Origin: an uncultured Actinomycetes bacterium
GTDB taxonomy: Bacteria > Actinomycetota > Thermoleophilia > RBG-16-64-13
Length of the DNA stretch: 64,000 bases
NCBI GenBank assembly: GCA_963714175.1
Contig: CAVQNN010000003.1
Coordinates: 961,643-1,025,642 of the forward strand
Direction: 5' to 3'
Notes under the pieces: model-generated
What the model was told of the DNA's origin: nothing
Database searches by the model: none
What the model saw: the letters and a program-made list of their open reading frames with translations, nothing else
Part shown: one piece after another, positions 62,046-64,000 of the stretch
Layout: each line of letters opens with the position of its first letter
Position numbering within the stretch: the first letter of the stretch is position 1
Position numbers and translations under genes: made by a program

Positions 62046-63344
62046 GTGAGAAGCAGAGCCTTGACCCGGGATACCGTGGCCGCCGAAGTCGCCGCGCTCC
62101 GGCCGGCGGAAGCGGCCGGCCGGGAGGTCGCCGAAGTGGTGGCCCGACTCCTGGCCGACGTGCGGGCCCGGGGCGACGCCGCCGTCGTCGAAGCCACCGC
62201 CCGCTTTGACTGGCCGGGCGCGAACGCGGCCGGGCTTGCCGTGACGGCAGAGGATCTGGAGTCGGCATACCGTGAGGTCGACCCCGAGGTCATGGCCGCT
62301 CTGCAGACCTCACGCGACAACTGCACCTTCTTCCACCAGCACGAGCTGGTCCCGGACTGGGAAGACACAGGGGCGCAGGGCCAGAAGCTGGGGATCCGCC
62401 ACCGCGCCGTGGAGCGGGCGGGGCTGTACGTGCCGGGCGGCTTGGGCGTGTACGCCTCGACGGTGATCATGAACGCGGTGCCGGCGCTTGTGGCCGGGGT
62501 CGATGAACTGATCATCTGCACACCCCCGGGCCGCGACGGGAGCGTCAACCGGTCGGTGCTGGCGGCTGCGCGCCTCATGGGCGTTTCCCAAGTCTTCAGA
62601 GTAGGTGGCGCGCAGGCTATCGCCGCCATGGCATACGGCACCGAGACCATTCCTCGCGTCGACGTCATCTGCGGCCCGGGCAATGCTTACGTCCTGGAGG
62701 CCAAGCGCCAGGTGTACGGGGTTGTGGGCATCGACAGCCTGGCCGGACCCAGCGAGGTGCTGATCGTTGCCGACGCGAGTGCCCGTCCCGAGTGGGTGGC
62801 CGCCGATCTGCTGGCCCAGGAGGAGCACCGGGCCGGGGCGACCGGTGTGCTTGTGGCGGAATCGGAGGGCTTGTGCGCCCAGGTCCAGGAGGCCCTCGGC
62901 GCGCTTCGGTCGCGGGCTGCCCACCACTCATCAGGCGCCGACTCCCTCCTGACGGCCTTCTACCCGGCACCTGGCGAGGACTTCCTTGGGCTCGCCGTCG
63001 CGATGGTAGACGCGTACGCTCCCGAACACCTGGAGATCCAGGTGACCGACCCGCGGTGGTTCTTGGGCCGGGTGCGTTCCGCGGGGGCGGTGTTCATCGG
63101 CCACCTGACGCCCACCGCCTTCGGAGACTACGTCGCCGGGAGCAATCATGTGCTGCCTACCGGCGGATCGGCACGCTTTTCGTCCCCCCTGTCGGTGCAC
63201 ACCTTCCTTCGCAGATCGTCGTTCGTGGAGATGACGGACGATGCGGTTCGGCTCCTGACGCCACACCTGGCCAGACTCGCCGACAGTGAGGGATTCGCAT
63301 TCCACCGCGTTTCGGCGGAGCTGCGGCAGGAGTCCGCGGACTAG
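62046..63344 (+). CDS. hisD: Histidinol dehydrogenase
   Basis: GLYVPGG, GGAQAIAA, GPGNAYV, AGPSE, AQEEH, APEHL, GDYVAGSNHVLPT. Confidence 0.95.
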   Translation: MRSRALTRDTVAAEVAALRPAEAAGREVAEVVARLLADVRARGDAAVVEATARFDWPGANAAGLAVTAEDLESAYREVDPEVMAALQTSRDNCTFFHQHELVPDWEDTGAQGQKLGIRHRAVERAGLYVPGGLGVYASTVIMNAVPALVAGVDELIICTPPGRDGSVNRSVLAAARLMGVSQVFRVGGAQAIAAMAYGTETIPRVDVICGPGNAYVLEAKRQVYGVVGIDSLAGPSEVLIVADASARPEWVAADLLAQEEHRAGATGVLVAESEGLCAQVQEALGALRSRAAHHSSGADSLLTAFYPAPGEDFLGLAVAMVDAYAPEHLEIQVTDPRWFLGRVRSAGAVFIGHLTPTAFGDYVAGSNHVLPTGGSARFSSPLSVHTFLRRSSFVEMTDDAVRLLTPHLARLADSEGFAFHRVSAELRQESAD

Positions 63345-63409
63345 CGGAACGCCCGAGCGCCCATCACGCCCTGACGGCGAAACGTCCCTCTTTGGCAGTC
63401 GGCCGGCTC

Positions 63410-64000
63410 CTAGACCACTTCAGCACAGGCGGTGGCCACGCGGGCGTCTCGCGCGTCGAGACTCTGGATGAACCGGCTCACGAGATAGGGATCGAACTGA
63501 GTTCCGGAGGCCTTCACCAGTTCGGCACGAGCTTGCTCGCGGGTCATGGGCTTGCGATATGGCCTGTCGAGGGTCATTGCCGCATAGGCGTCGGCAATCG
63601 CCAGAATGCGGGCTAATACTGGGATATCGTCGCCCGACAATTCGGCTGGGTAGCCACTGCCGTCCTGGCGCTCATGATGCGAACGGACCGCGTCGGCGAC
63701 CTCGGCCAAACGGGGCATGTCCTCGATCACCGAAGCGCTCATGTCAACATGTCGTCGAACCATGTCCTCCTCCGCGGGGGTGAGTGCCGTCGGTTGGCGA
63801 AGAAGCTGAGCCGGAACCCCGATCTTCCCCACGTCGTGGAGCATCGCGGCTACATGCAACGTGCTCAGGGACTCCTCAGAAAGGCCGACGGCTTGTCCCA
63901 GTGAGAGGGCGTACAAGACGACGTGTTCGGAGTGTAGCCGGGTGTAGTGGTCCCTGGCCCCCACCACGTTGAGCAGCCGGCCGGCTACGCCCAGCAGCCC
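63410..64000 (-). CDS. HD-GYP domain protein (5' end outside window)
   Basis: RDHYTRLHS, LHDVGK, HHERQDGSGYP, ADAYAAMT..RPY. Confidence 0.92.
   Translation of the reverse strand, partial: GLLGVAGRLLNVVGARDHYTRLHSEHVVLYALSLGQAVGLSEESLSTLHVAAMLHDVGKIGVPAQLLRQPTALTPAEEDMVRRHVDMSASVIEDMPRLAEVADAVRSHHERQDGSGYPAELSGDDIPVLARILAIADAYAAMTLDRPYRKPMTREQARAELVKASGTQFDPYLVSRFIQSLDARDARVATACAEVV

Noticed and set aside
58460-62683. 1407-aa minus-strand ORF (also 45502-47208, 47212-48792, 52993-54048 and similar)
   Set aside because: Antisense shadows of well-supported high-GC genes, with no recognisable motifs.

Overview
High-GC bacterial chromosomal window. An anaerobic, deep-branching actinobacterium (Thermoleophilia-like) is my inference from gene content, leaderless starts and a LEU-type leader; this is not verified. 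Many genes are split by 1-nt indels, most likely long-read consensus errors, so frameshifted genes are reported as single CDSs with approximate ends. Housekeeping content includes branched-chain amino acid genes (leuA, leuCDB, ilvE, cimA), acnA, a pabB-ADC lyase fusion, Rrf2-metY-cysK, DtxR-feoAB, dnaE and hisD. The most notable items are: (1) a ~2,730-aa cytoplasmic hybrid histidine kinase with 17 tandem PAS domains, coupled to a REC-GGDEF cyclase; (2) a GYF_2-TM-clostripain protein followed by a free-standing, charge-reversed copy of its own C-terminal domain; (3) a 2-hydroxyacyl-CoA-dehydratase pair plus a CbrA-like flavoprotein, divergent from a CoA-transferase and next to a tandemly duplicated MerR / His-rich membrane protein / ferredoxin module; (4) a leaderless Leu-rich leader peptide whose Leu codons are complementary to the leuA Shine-Dalgarno; (5) a family of short GGCTGCTGAA-ended MITE-like elements, plus an inverted pair of related long hairpins upstream of dnaE. 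No rRNA, tRNA, CRISPR array or transposase was recognised.
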